From Eledone cirrhosa (taxonomy: Eukaryota): a DNA stretch of 64,000 nt. Where the stretch lies: positions 15,748,001 to 15,812,000 of the forward strand of contig OZ024749.1 of assembly GCA_964016885.1 (NCBI GenBank), given 5' to 3'. The position numbers and the translations under genes were made by a program. The notes under the pieces are model-generated. The model ran no database searches. It was not told the origin of the DNA and saw only the letters and a list, made by a program, of their open reading frames with translations. Shown here one piece after another: positions 1 to 11,700 of the stretch (position 1 is the stretch's first letter; each line of letters starts with the position of its first letter).

Positions 1-195
1 GCGAGTCGTCTGCACATTGTCGCCATTTTAATGATATGTGAATAAAACGATGCATCGTCGCTCATGTCTGCACCCAGGACTCGTATTGATATCAACACAG
101 GGATTTCGATCTTTCTGGAAGTTTGTTGTACTGTCCTTTTTGTTAGCAGGTTCGTATTGCAGAGCTTGAAATTGTCCAGCATTAAATTGCATGTT

Positions 196-307
196 GTATG
201 GATGAGTGTATGTGTGATATATATATATATATTTGTATGGGTGTGTATGTGTTTGTGTGCCTCTGTGTATGTGTAAACTTATTTGTGATGTGATGGTGAG
301 TGTATGC

Positions 308-356
<49 letters not shown>
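196..356. repeat. Degenerate TG/TA-rich simple repeat ending in (TA)n
   Basis: TATATTTGTATGGGTG-type motif at ~228-243, also seen at 3459-3474, then pure (TA)n at 311-356. Confidence 0.85.
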
Positions 357-360
<4 letters not shown>

Positions 361-648
361 TATTAAAATAACAGATTAAAGTTTAAGCAAAGAATCGCTG
401 CTTTCACTCTTAACGGGATCTTCTGAAACTAACAAAGTCAATCTGTGAACGCAGAAGTGAATATTTCAAAAAACATTGCAACCGGAGGAAGACAGGAAGA
501 CGATACTTTGGTTCGTGGAAACGTTCCCTGGCAAAGAACGGGAAAAAACGAATATAATACGTCATTATTTGGAGCGGTGAAAAACAATTACACGCAAAGA
601 CAGAACCACGTTTATGGTATAAAAGAAGTCGTATATATAAAAGAAGTC

Positions 649-650
<2 letters not shown>
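357..650 (+). mobile_element. Short insertion in (TA)n, possibly a Penelope-type pLTR-derived element
   Basis: Bounded by (TA)n on both sides. Contains hammerhead-like CAGG-AAGACGA-(14 nt)-GAAACGTT-CCCTG (493-530). Ends in an 18-bp-period duplication of TATAAAAGAAGTCGTATA (618-653). Confidence 0.4.
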
Positions 651-696
<46 letters not shown>

Positions 697-730
697 AGAT
701 CAAAAGATGGTTAAAAGACTTCCATGTATT

Positions 731-771
731 TTATTATGCGCATTTCAAAAACAAATATCATCATGCAATAA
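731..771 (-). ncRNA. Degenerate minimal hammerhead-ribozyme-like motif at the PLE 3' end
   Basis: Minus strand reads TTATTG-CATGATGA-TATTTGTTTTT-GAAA-TGCGCA-TA-ATAAA: near-CTGATGA box, GAAA box, palindromic stem III and AATAAA. Stem II does not pair. Confidence 0.35.
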
Positions 772-1140
772 CATTTGATAAAATAGGAAGACATGATATG
801 AAGGTTAAAAACACTTGTGAATAGTGCAGTTTTAAATCAACATATGAAAAGTAGTTTTAGATTGATGTGTGATATTGGGAAAAAAGATTTTTTGAGGGGG
901 TTGGGTTGGAAAGGATGAAAAAGAGGAGCAGATGAGAGTAAAAAGTGGAGGGGGAGGAGTATAATGAGGAAGGATGAGATAGGAGGAGAGATGGGTGATA
1001 GAGAGAGAGAGAGATAGCTTTTATAACTGAGAAAAATATATTGTTTTACATAGAGAGGTTGAAAAACCGTTGGAAGATAATATATAAATTAAAAGAATTT
1101 GAAAATTAATGAAGAGAAAAATAATGTTAAGTTAAGGTGT

Positions 1141-1260
1141 GTATATTGAAGGGTTTAATAATATGTGCGTTGAAAAGAAATTGTTAATATGTATTAAGAA
1201 TAATATTTAAAGGTTTAATAATATGTGCGATGGAAAGAAAATGTTGATATGTATTATTAA
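1141..1260. repeat. 60-bp tandem duplication in the PLE 3' UTR
   Basis: GGTTTAATAATATGTGCG...AAAGAAA...TGTT.ATATGTATTA occurs at 1152 and 1212. Confidence 0.85.
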
Positions 1261-1670
1261 AAAAAGCAATAGTAATGTAAGTAAGGATATATTGTGAAAG
1301 AAGTAGAAGATAGGATGAATAAGTTAGATGAAAGGGAGAAAAAATAATGAATAAAAAAATGTTTATGTTTACGAAGGATTTTTTTCAAGGTGATAATGTA
1401 AGAATATATTGTACTGTGTAATAATTGTTTCTATGTTAGGCACAATGAGAAAAGGTACAGATTAGGGGTTAGAAATTAAAAGAAAAAGGAAAGAAAAGGA
1501 AAAGGAAGAAAGGGAAGTGATAAATAGGAGTGATATAGAATGAGTAACTAGTATTATATAATGTATAATAAATAACTTTGAAATAAGGTAGAAAGATGGG
1601 TATATTTTTAAAGAAGTATATAAATAAGTGCCTTTGAGAAAAGGATTTTAAATTGATAAAGTATTAGATA

Positions 1671-3439
1671 TTAGCTGTATACTTTATGGAATGTTCTGTG
1701 GAATGTATGCAAGCAGAGAGAAAACAAGTCAGTGCGTCTATTTATTATAGAATCTAAATTAGATATAATGGTAAATTTTTCATTTAAACAGAGATTGCAA
1801 GTCTTGGATAGAGAACTGTTCAAGTATGGAAAAGCAGAAGAAACCTTTTTCCAAGAGATGTTATATTTAATATTTTTGTCTTTCAAGGACCATATGAGTT
1901 CTGAGAGTGCCGTGTTGGTTCTTTTAAGTTGGTATTTAAAAGACGAATGATGATTATAAAGACGAGCTTTAAAGGAGGTGGAAGTGGAGCCAAAATAGGT
2001 GAAGGAATTGGTGTCAGTTATAACTTTACATTCGTAGATTAAGTTTTTTTCAAGACAATGGTTGTTGAGGGGACATTTATTTTTAACAGGGCAATTGCAA
2101 TTGCGATTAGAGAGATTAGCAGAGTTATTAACGAGTGACCTAGTGTTATCTATAGAAGGAATTGGATTGGAGAAGTTATTTACGATAGGAATAATAGTTT
2201 CTTGATTTAGCGAAGTTGTGTTTGACGTTGTATTTGGGTTTGCAGAAATTAGCCTAGAGTTTACAATGACGTCGGGAGTACTATTACTATTATTATGATA
2301 TTCAGTGTTGGAAGGAAGAGATTTAGTATTTAGTATTTTATTGTTGTGTTTAGAGATAATGTTGGAAATGTTGGAGGAAGTCGAATAGGAACATTTTATA
2401 GTGTGTTTGCTAAATATTTTACTATAGATATGTGATGGATAGAAGCATTTATTTAAGGCACTAAAGAATAATTTAGGAATATTATTATTAATAGAGATGG
2501 AGAAAGGAGCATTATACCAGATTATATTTTTGTATCTAGGTCTTTTATTAAAGTTATTGGAATGATCATGATTAATTATTCTACTGTAAGATCTTCTAGA
2601 ATTTGTTTCTTTACTATATTTGATTTTATCAGGATAGCCGGCTTTAGAAAGCGCGTTATTATAGTAATTGGCGTTAGCATCAAAGATGTTTTTATTAGAA
2701 GATAGGTTAGATATTCTTTTTCCAATATTACTAACTATAGCATTCTTAATATTAGTAGGGTGGTTAGATTTAAAATTAACATAATTTAGGTTCTCATTGT
2801 TTTTATGGTAATATAGGCCAGTGTCAAGATTAAGAGATACATCCAAGAAATTAGCTAGTTTGATGCTGTTATCAAATTCAATTTTTAAGTTATGTTGGTT
2901 AAAGAGATTACGCATATTGTTCTTAATAATATTAAGGTTAACTATGTTGCAATTTAAGATAGTAAAGAGTCCATCGTCACGATAAATTCCACCGCGAAGT
3001 TGAGGAATTTTCCGACTCAAAGTGTTCAAAATAAAGATACCAATTAGATCTGTCAATTGGGATGAATCGGATGCTCCCATTGTGATGTCGAATTGTTAGA
3101 GGTATCAGCTCGGGTCCAATATTCATTGTTGAACTCTAGGATGGTTTTACGTGCGGTGAGAATGATGTGAAGTTCATCTGTGGTGATGTCAGAATATTTA
3201 AATGCGAAAGATAGAGCATTGTTGAGAAGTGAAGGCGAAATAGAAGAATAGTAGCTGGCAATATCAAATAGAACAAATTTTAGTTTGTTTTTATTATTCA
3301 ATTTGTTGAACCAACCAATCACTTCAGAAGTACCAAACCATACATTTAAGTTCAAAGAAGAGCAATTAGAACGAATCTGTGGGATAATTCTATCCAAGAT
3401 GGCTTTGCTAACAACCCCCAGATCTGACTCACCTCCTAC
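1671..3439 (-). pseudogene. Penelope-like reverse transcriptase / GIY-YIG endonuclease ORF, truncated and frameshifted
   Basis: Two ORF-track frames join into one protein: SDLGVVSKAILDRI...FVLFDIASYYSSIS...ARKTILEFNNEYW, a frameshift at ~3091, then FDITMGASDSSQ...YRDDGL...NFLDV...SNHP (RT and thumb). C-terminus CNCPVKNKCPLNNHC...IYEC...YFGST...FKARLYNH...CNLCLNEK is a GIY-YIG domain with Cys motifs. No N-terminus. Confidence 0.9.
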
Positions 3440-3735
3440 ATATATATATATATATATATATATTTGTATGGGTGAATGGGTGTATATACATATTTGTATG
3501 GGTGAATGTGTATATATACATTTTTGCATGGGTGAGTGTGTGTTTGTGTGTGTGTGTGTATACATGTGTATGTATATACATATTTGTATGAATGAGTGTG
3601 TGTGTGTGTGTGAGTGTGTGTATGTTTACATATTTGTGTGGGTGAGTGTGTGTGTATATATATATTTGTTAGGGTGAATATGTGTATGAATAAGTATTTG
3701 TGAGGGTGAGTTGTCCCATGTGTATGTGTATGTTA
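3440..3735. repeat. (TA)n plus degenerate ~30-bp minisatellite
   Basis: TATTTGTATGGGTGAATG(G/T)GT(G/A)TATATACA at 3461, 3491 and 3521, with expanded (TG)n variants afterwards. Confidence 0.85.
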
Positions 3736-3826
3736 GGTGTGGACAAACAATAATCACGTGAAGTCAGTTTAATCCCCCCTACTCCTGGCACCACTGCCAC
3801 CACACCTTAACAGACATATTAAGTAA

Positions 3827-4412
3827 TCTATATATATAAAACTGAGGATGTCTGTCTGTGTGTGTGTGTGAGTTTGAATCCTTAAAACTAGAGAAGCACC
3901 CAACCGACTGTTTTAAACTTTACACATGTAATACTTATGTATCAGGGAGTGTTCTGAGCAATTAAAATTTCGAATTAAATTTCAAATTTTCAATGCCCTA
4001 GGGACCGCATTAGGCGATTTAGCGATCTCTCTCTATAATTCTTAGTCTTTCTCTTTTTAGATAGATACATACATATAACGTCGCGCCCTTATATATGTCT
4101 GTATGTCTGCATTACGTCACTTCCAACAATTCGCTCTGCGTCCAGAAGGCGCCCTTATAATATCTATCTGTATGTCTGCTACCTCCGGTTATTCGGCCAC
4201 CCTTGCTCAAGACAAATCTCACACTCATTCCCCAAACAGTTGGTAAGTGCACACAACTTCTTCCTCACGTTTTAAGCCACAGTGTTGCTTACTTACGTAT
4301 CACCAGACCCTTACTTCTTTGCCAGACGTGGTTGTGGCAATACTAAGGTTAGCTAAAGTGGTTATATATTTCACAATACCTTATCCCGTGCAACGCCGGG
4401 TACCACTACTAG
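3827..4412 (+). mobile_element. Non-autonomous Helitron (~586 bp)
   Basis: 5' TCTATATATATAAAA at 3827; subterminal GC-rich hairpin CCCGTGCAACGCCGGG at 4385-4400; 3' CTAG at 4409-4412; sits between A (3826) and T (4413) with no TSD. These are the canonical Helitron hallmarks. Confidence 0.85.
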
Positions 4413-4578
4413 TGCCTGATAAATGAAGACCTGGTTGCTTTGATCTCGATACCGAGTTTTATTTCTTGGTCTGACATGAAACTTCAGTAATACTCTAAGG
4501 CTCAACTACTGTATAAGGAGAAAATAAAGTTTGCCTACGTTATTGAATCATATCTAACTGACGCAGCATACACAATAA

Positions 4579-5500
<922 letters not shown>

Positions 5501-5723
5501 GTGCTTATTCAAAATTCTATTCGCAGTTTCCAGTAATCCAATAAACCTGATGAAAGAATGTTCTGTGCTGTAAAGTATTTGAAACGTTGCCTCGCTTTGA
5601 AGTTCCATCAATCGCTGCGGTCCTTTTTCCTGCAAATCCCAAGGAATCCCCAGCCTTCAACGTGGCATTGTTCACCATTTTAACATATCACTTTCATTAT
5701 CACTCCGATCCTTGTCACCACCA

Positions 5724-5748
5724 GTTATTACTATTGTTATTGTTGTTA

Positions 5749-5780
<32 letters not shown>

Positions 5781-6092
5781 GCTGTTGTTGCTGTTGTTGT
5801 TGCTGTTGTTGTATTGTCAGTTATCGTTACTATTGTGTTATATGTATATGTGCTGTTTTCCCTTTGTCGATAACCCCCCCCCCCACCCGCTCCCCGTTTT
5901 ACTCGATGTAACCCCCCTCCCACCCCACATAATTTGTGTGTTGTGTTGTTGTCGTTGTTGTTGTTGTTGTCGTGTTGTATTGTGTTGTGTTGTATTGTGT
6001 TGTATTGTATAGTGTTGTGTTATGTATCATTGCGTCATGTTGTATTGTTCACAACCTTGTAGGCCCCTTATGACATATAAAAGAAATCTCCA

Positions 6093-6138
<46 letters not shown>
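5724..6138. repeat. (TTA)n, (TTG)n and TTGTG/TTGTA simple repeats
   Basis: Tracts at ~5724-5830, 5933-6020 and 6092-6138. Confidence 0.9.
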
Positions 6139-6149
6139 CATTGGATTAA

Positions 6150-6360
6150 GGGCAGTGGATTGGCAGTAGAATCGGTAGAGCATCGGAAACCATGCTTTGC
6201 AGCATAGAGTTACAGCCCTTTATGTTCTGAGTTCAAATCCTGCCGAGGTTAACTTTGCCTTTCATCCTGATAGGGTTGATAAAATAAAGTACCAGTAACG
6301 TATTGAGGTCGATTAAACCAACTTTCTCTCCTTCCCCAAATTACTGGCTTTGTACAAAAA
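6150..6360 (+). mobile_element. tRNA-derived SINE
   Basis: A-box-like TGGCAGTAGAATCGG, B-box GAGTTCAAATCC and a central GCCTTTCATCC...GATAAAATAAAGTACCAG domain; homologous to the copies at 59.4-61.4 kb. Confidence 0.85.
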
Positions 6361-6409
6361 CCTGCACAGTTTTTCGTTTTACTTAACATTCACTTTCAAC
6401 TAACGAAAC

Positions 6410-6600
6410 AGCCAGCCAACCAGCCCCCTCATAACCAACAAGCCAGCCCCCTCATAACCAACAAGCCAGCCCCCTCATAACCAACCACCCAGCCAGCCAG
6501 CAAGACCCCTCATCACCAGCCAGCCCCCCATAACCAGCCAGCCAGCCCCCTCATAACCAGCCACCCAACCAGCCAGCCAGCCCCCTCCTAACCCACCAGC
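6410..6600. repeat. 23-bp C-rich minisatellite CAGCCCCCTCATAACCAACAAGC
   Basis: Exact 23-bp period at 6421, 6444 and 6467, then degenerate copies. Confidence 0.9.
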
Positions 6601-8340
6601 CAGCCAAGCAAGCAACCAATTCACCTACCCACCAAGCAAGCAACCAATTCACCCACCCACCAAGCAACCAACCAATTCAGCCACCCACCAAGCAAGCAAC
6701 CAATTCACCCACCCACCAACCAACCAATTCACCCACCCACCCACCAACCAACCAACCAATTCACCCACCCACCAACCAACCAACCAATTCACCCACCCAC
6801 CAAGAAAGCAATCAATTCACCCTCCAACCAAACAACCAATTCACCCACCCACCAACCAACCAACCAATTCACCCACCCACCCACCAACCAATTCACCCAC
6901 CCACCAAGCAAGCAACCAATTCACCCACCCACCAACCAACCAATTCACCCACCAGCAACCAACCAATTCCCCACCCACCAAGCAAGAAACCAATTCACCC
7001 ACCCACCAAGCAAGCAAGCAATTCACCCAACCTCCAACCAACCAACCAATTCACCCACCCACCAAACAAACAACCAATTCACCCACCCACCAACCAACCA
7101 ACCAAATCATCCACCCACCAACCAACAAACCAATTCACCCACCCACCAAGCAAGCAAGCAACCAAATCACCCACCCACCAATCAACCAACCAATTCACCC
7201 ACCCACCAACCAACCAACCAATTCACCCACCCAGCAACCAACCAACCAATTCACCCACCCAACAAGCAAGCAACAAAATCACCCACCCACCAAGCAAGCA
7301 ACCAATTCACCCACCCACCAACCAACCAATTCACCCACCCACCAGGCAAGCAACCAATTCACCCACCCACCAAGCAAGCAACCAACTCACCCACCAACCA
7401 ACCTATTCACCCACCCACCAGGCAAGCAACCAATTCACCCACCAAGCAACCAACCAATTCCCCACCCACCAAGCAAGCAACCAATTCACCCACCCACCAA
7501 CCAACCAATTCACCCACCCACCAGGCAAGCAACCGATTCACGCACCCACCAACCAACCAACCAATTCACCCACCCACCAACCAACCAACCAATTCACCCA
7601 CCCACCAACCAACCAACCAATTCACCCACCTTCCAGGCAAGCAACCAATTCACCCACCCACCAACCAACCAACCAATTCACCCACCCTCCAAGCAATCAA
7701 CCAATTCACCCACACACCAACCAACCAACTAATTCACCCACCCACCAAGCAAGCAACCAATTCACCCACCCACCACCAACCAACCAATTCACCCACCCAC
7801 CAAGCAAGCAAACAATTCACCCACCCACCAAGAAAGCAACCAATTCATCCACCCACAAAGCAAGCAACCAATTCACCCACCCACCAACCAACCAATTCCC
7901 CACCCACCAACCAACCAACCAATTCACCCACCCACCAGGCAAGCAACCAATTCACCCACCCACCAACCAACCAACCAATTCACCCACCCAACAACAAACA
8001 CACCAATTCACCCACCCACCAGGCAAGCAACCAATTCACCCACCCACCAACCAACCAACCAATTCACCCACCCAAAAACAAACCAACCAATTCACCCACC
8101 CACCAGGCAAGCAAACAATTCGCCCACCCACCAACCAACCAACTAATTCACCCACCCACCATGCAAGCAACCAATTCACCCACCCACCAACCAACCAACC
8201 AAACCAATTCACCCACCCACCAACCAACCAACCAATTCCCCACCCACCAACCAACCAACCAATTCACCCACCCACCAGGCAAGCAACCAATTCACCCACC
8301 CACCAAGCAACCTATTCGCCCACCCACCAACTAACCAAAC
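6601..8340. repeat. 28-bp C-rich minisatellite CAA(G/C)CAA(G/C)CAACCAATTCACCCACCCAC
   Basis: AATTC anchor recurs every 28 bp (6618, 6646, 6674...), with 24- and 32-bp variants from loss or gain of a tetramer; about 60 copies. Confidence 0.93.
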
Positions 8341-8779
8341 AACCACCCAACCAATCCCCCTCCCAATCAAAGAAACAGCCAACCAACCAATTCACCCCAA
8401 ACCTGCTAACTAAACAACCCCCCCCCACTCCTCACCAGCCACCCAATTAGCTAATCCATACACCCAATCACACATTCAATAAGCTAACCCATGCACCGAA
8501 CAACCCACCCAACCAGTTACCCAATCAGCCCGCAAACAAAACCCATACACCCAACCATCTACGTAATCAGCTAATCCGTATACCCAATCATTCACCCAAC
8601 CCTCTACCCAACCAGCTAAATCATCCAGCCGACCATCCACCCAACCAGCTATCCCTCCACCCAACCAGCTTACCCATACACCCAACCCTCCACCCAAACT
8701 GCTTACCCAACAACCCAACCCTCCACACAACCAGCTTACCCACACATCCAACAACCCAACCCTCCACCCAACCAGCTTA
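8341..8779. repeat. Transitional zone of diverged 33-mer-like monomers
   Basis: Degenerate units such as CAATTAGCTAATCCATACACCCAATCACACATT and GTAATCAGCTAATCCGTATACCCAATCATTCACC lead into the regular array. Confidence 0.8.
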
Positions 8780-11700
8780 CCCATACACCCAACCCTCCAC
8801 CCAACCAGCTTACCAATTCACCCAGCCATCCACCCAACCAGCTAACCCATACACCCAGCCATCCACCCAACCAGCTAACCCATACACCCAGCCATCCACC
8901 CAACCACCTAACCCATACACCCAGCCATCCACCCAACCAGCTAACCCATACACCCAGCCATCCACCCAACCAGCTAACCCATACACCCAACCACACATTC
9001 AACCAGCTAACCCATACACCCAGCCATCCACCCAACCAGCTAACCCATACACCCAGCCCTCCACCCAACCAGCTAACCCATACACCCAACCACACATTCA
9101 ACCAGCTAACCCATACACCCAGCCATCCACCCAACCAGCTAACCCATACACCCAACCACACATTCAACCAGCTAACCCATACACCCAGCCATCCACCCAA
9201 CCAGCTAACCCATACACCCAGCCATCCACCCAACCAGCTAACCCATTATCCCAACCACACATTCAACCAGCTAACCCATACACCCAGCCCTCCACCCAAC
9301 CAGCTAACCCATACACCCAACCACACATTCAACAAGCTAACCCATACACCCAGCCATCCACCCAACCAGCTAACCCATACACCCAACCATCCACCCAACC
9401 AGCTAACCCATTCACCCAACCATCCACCCAACCAGCTAACCCATACACCCAGCCATCCACCCAACCAGCTAACCCATACACCCAGCCATCCACCCAACCA
9501 GCTAACCCATACGCCCAACCACACATTCAACAAGCTAACCCATACACCCAGCCATCCACCCAACCAGCTAACCCATACACCCAGCCCTCCACCCAACCAG
9601 CTAACCCATACACCCAACCACACATTCAACCAGCTAACCCATACACCCAGCCATCCACCCAAACAGCTAACCCATACACCCAACCATCCACCCAACCAGG
9701 TAACCCATACACCCAGCCATCCACCCAAACAGCTAACCCATACACCCAACCATCCACCCAACCAGCTAACACATACACCAAGCCATCCACCCAACCAGCT
9801 AACCCATACACCCAACCATCCACCCAACCAGCTAACCCATACACCCAACCATCCACCCAACCAGGTAACCCATACACCCAGCCATCCACCCAACCAGCTA
9901 ACCCATACACCCAGCCATCCACCCAACCAGCTAACCCATACACCCAGCCCTCCACCCAACCAGCTAACACATACACCCAGCCATCCACCCAACCAGCTAA
10001 CCCATACACCCAGCTTTCCACTCAACCAGCTAACCCATACACCCAGCCATCCACCCAACCAGCTAACCCATACACCCAGCCATCCATCCAACCAGCTAAC
10101 CCATACACCCAGCCTTCCACCCAACCAGCTAACCCATACACCCATCCATCCACCCAAACAGCTAACCCATGCAGCCAGCCCTCCACCCAACCAGCTAACC
10201 CATACACCCACCCATCCACCCAACCAGCTAACCCATACACCCAGCCATCCACCCAACCAGCTAACCCATACACCCAGCCATCCACCCAACCAGCTAACCC
10301 ATACACCCAACCACACATTCAACCAGCTAACCCATACACCCAGCCCTCCACCCAACCAGCTAACCCATGCACCCAGCCCTCCACCCAACCAGCTAACCCA
10401 TACACCCAACCACACATTCAACCAGCTAACCCATACACCCAGCCATCCACCCAACCAGCTAACCAATACACCCAGCCCTCCACCCAACCAGCTAACCCAT
10501 ACACCCAACCACACATTCAACCAGCTAACCCATACACCCAGCCATCCACCCAACCAGCTAACCCATACACCCAGCCCTCCACCCAACCAGCTAACCCATA
10601 CACCCAACCACACATTCAACCAGCTAACCCATACACCCAGCCCTCCACCCAACTAGCTAACCCATACACCCAACCACACATTCAACCAGTTAACCCATAC
10701 ACCCAGCCAGCCACCCAACCAGCTAACACATACACCCAACCACACATTCAACCAGCTAACCCATACACCCAGCCATCCACCCAACCAGCTAACCCATACA
10801 CCCAACCACACATTCAACCAGCTAACCCATACACCCAGCCCTCCACCCAACCAGCTAACCCATACACCCAACCACACATTCAACCAGCTAACCCATACAC
10901 CCAGCCATCCACCCAACCAGCTAACCAATACACCCAGCCCTCCACCCAACCAGCTAACCCATACACCCAGCCATCCACCCAACCAGCTAACCCATACACC
11001 CAGCCCTCCACCCAACCAGCTAACCCATACACCCAGCCCTCCACCCAACCAGCTAACCCATACACCCAGCCCTCCACCCAACCAGCTAACCCATACACCC
11101 AACCACACATTCAACCAGCTAACCCATACACCCAGCCATCCACCCAACCAGCTAAGCCATACACCCAGCCCTCCACCCAACCAGCTAAAGCATACACCCA
11201 GCCATCCACCCAACCAGCTAACCCATGCACCCAGCCCTCCACCCAACCAGCTAACCCATACACCCAGCCATCCACCCAACCAGCTAACCCATACACCCAG
11301 CCATCCACCCAACCAGCTAACCCATACACCCAACCACACATTCAACCAGCTAACCCATACACCCAGCCCTCCACCCAACCAGCTAACTCATACACCCAGC
11401 CATCCACCCAACCAGCTAACCCATACACCCAGCCATCCACCCAACCAGCTAACCCATGCACCCAGCCATTCACCCAACCAGCTAACCCATACACCCAGCC
11501 ATCCACCCAACCAGCCAACCCATACACCCAGCCCTCCACCCAACCAGCTAACCCATACACCCAGCCCTCCACCCAACCAGCTAACCCATACACCCAGCCA
11601 TCCACTCAACCAGCTAACCCATACACACAGCCACACATTCAACCAGCTAACCCATACACCCAGCCCTCAACCCAACCAGCTAACCCATACACCCAGCCAT

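Larger units (their letters stand above)
698..3439 (-). mobile_element. Penelope-like retroelement (C-terminal EN+), 5'-truncated, inserted in (TA)n
   Basis: RT plus GIY-YIG coding remnant at 1671-3439 and ~970 bp of 3' UTR at 698-1670. (TA)n abuts both ends (~650-696 and 3440-3463). Confidence 0.88.

Noticed and set aside
3461-3550. 30-bp minisatellite as an inverted relative of the 33-mer (shared TGTATGGGT, GGGTGAATGG)
   Set aside because: Matches are only 9-10 nt in low-complexity sequence and are not colinear across the unit.
3440-3565. N-terminus (MYTHTHT...) of ORF 3053..3565 as the PLE start
   Set aside because: It is read-through from the flanking microsatellite; RT similarity begins only at ~3439.
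5547-5589. CTGATGA...GAAACGTT hammerhead candidate
   Set aside because: The core boxes are present but stems I and II do not pair convincingly and there is no pLTR context.
6150-6250. tRNA gene (A and B boxes)
   Set aside because: No cloverleaf is evident, and the boxes continue into a SINE body repeated elsewhere in the window.
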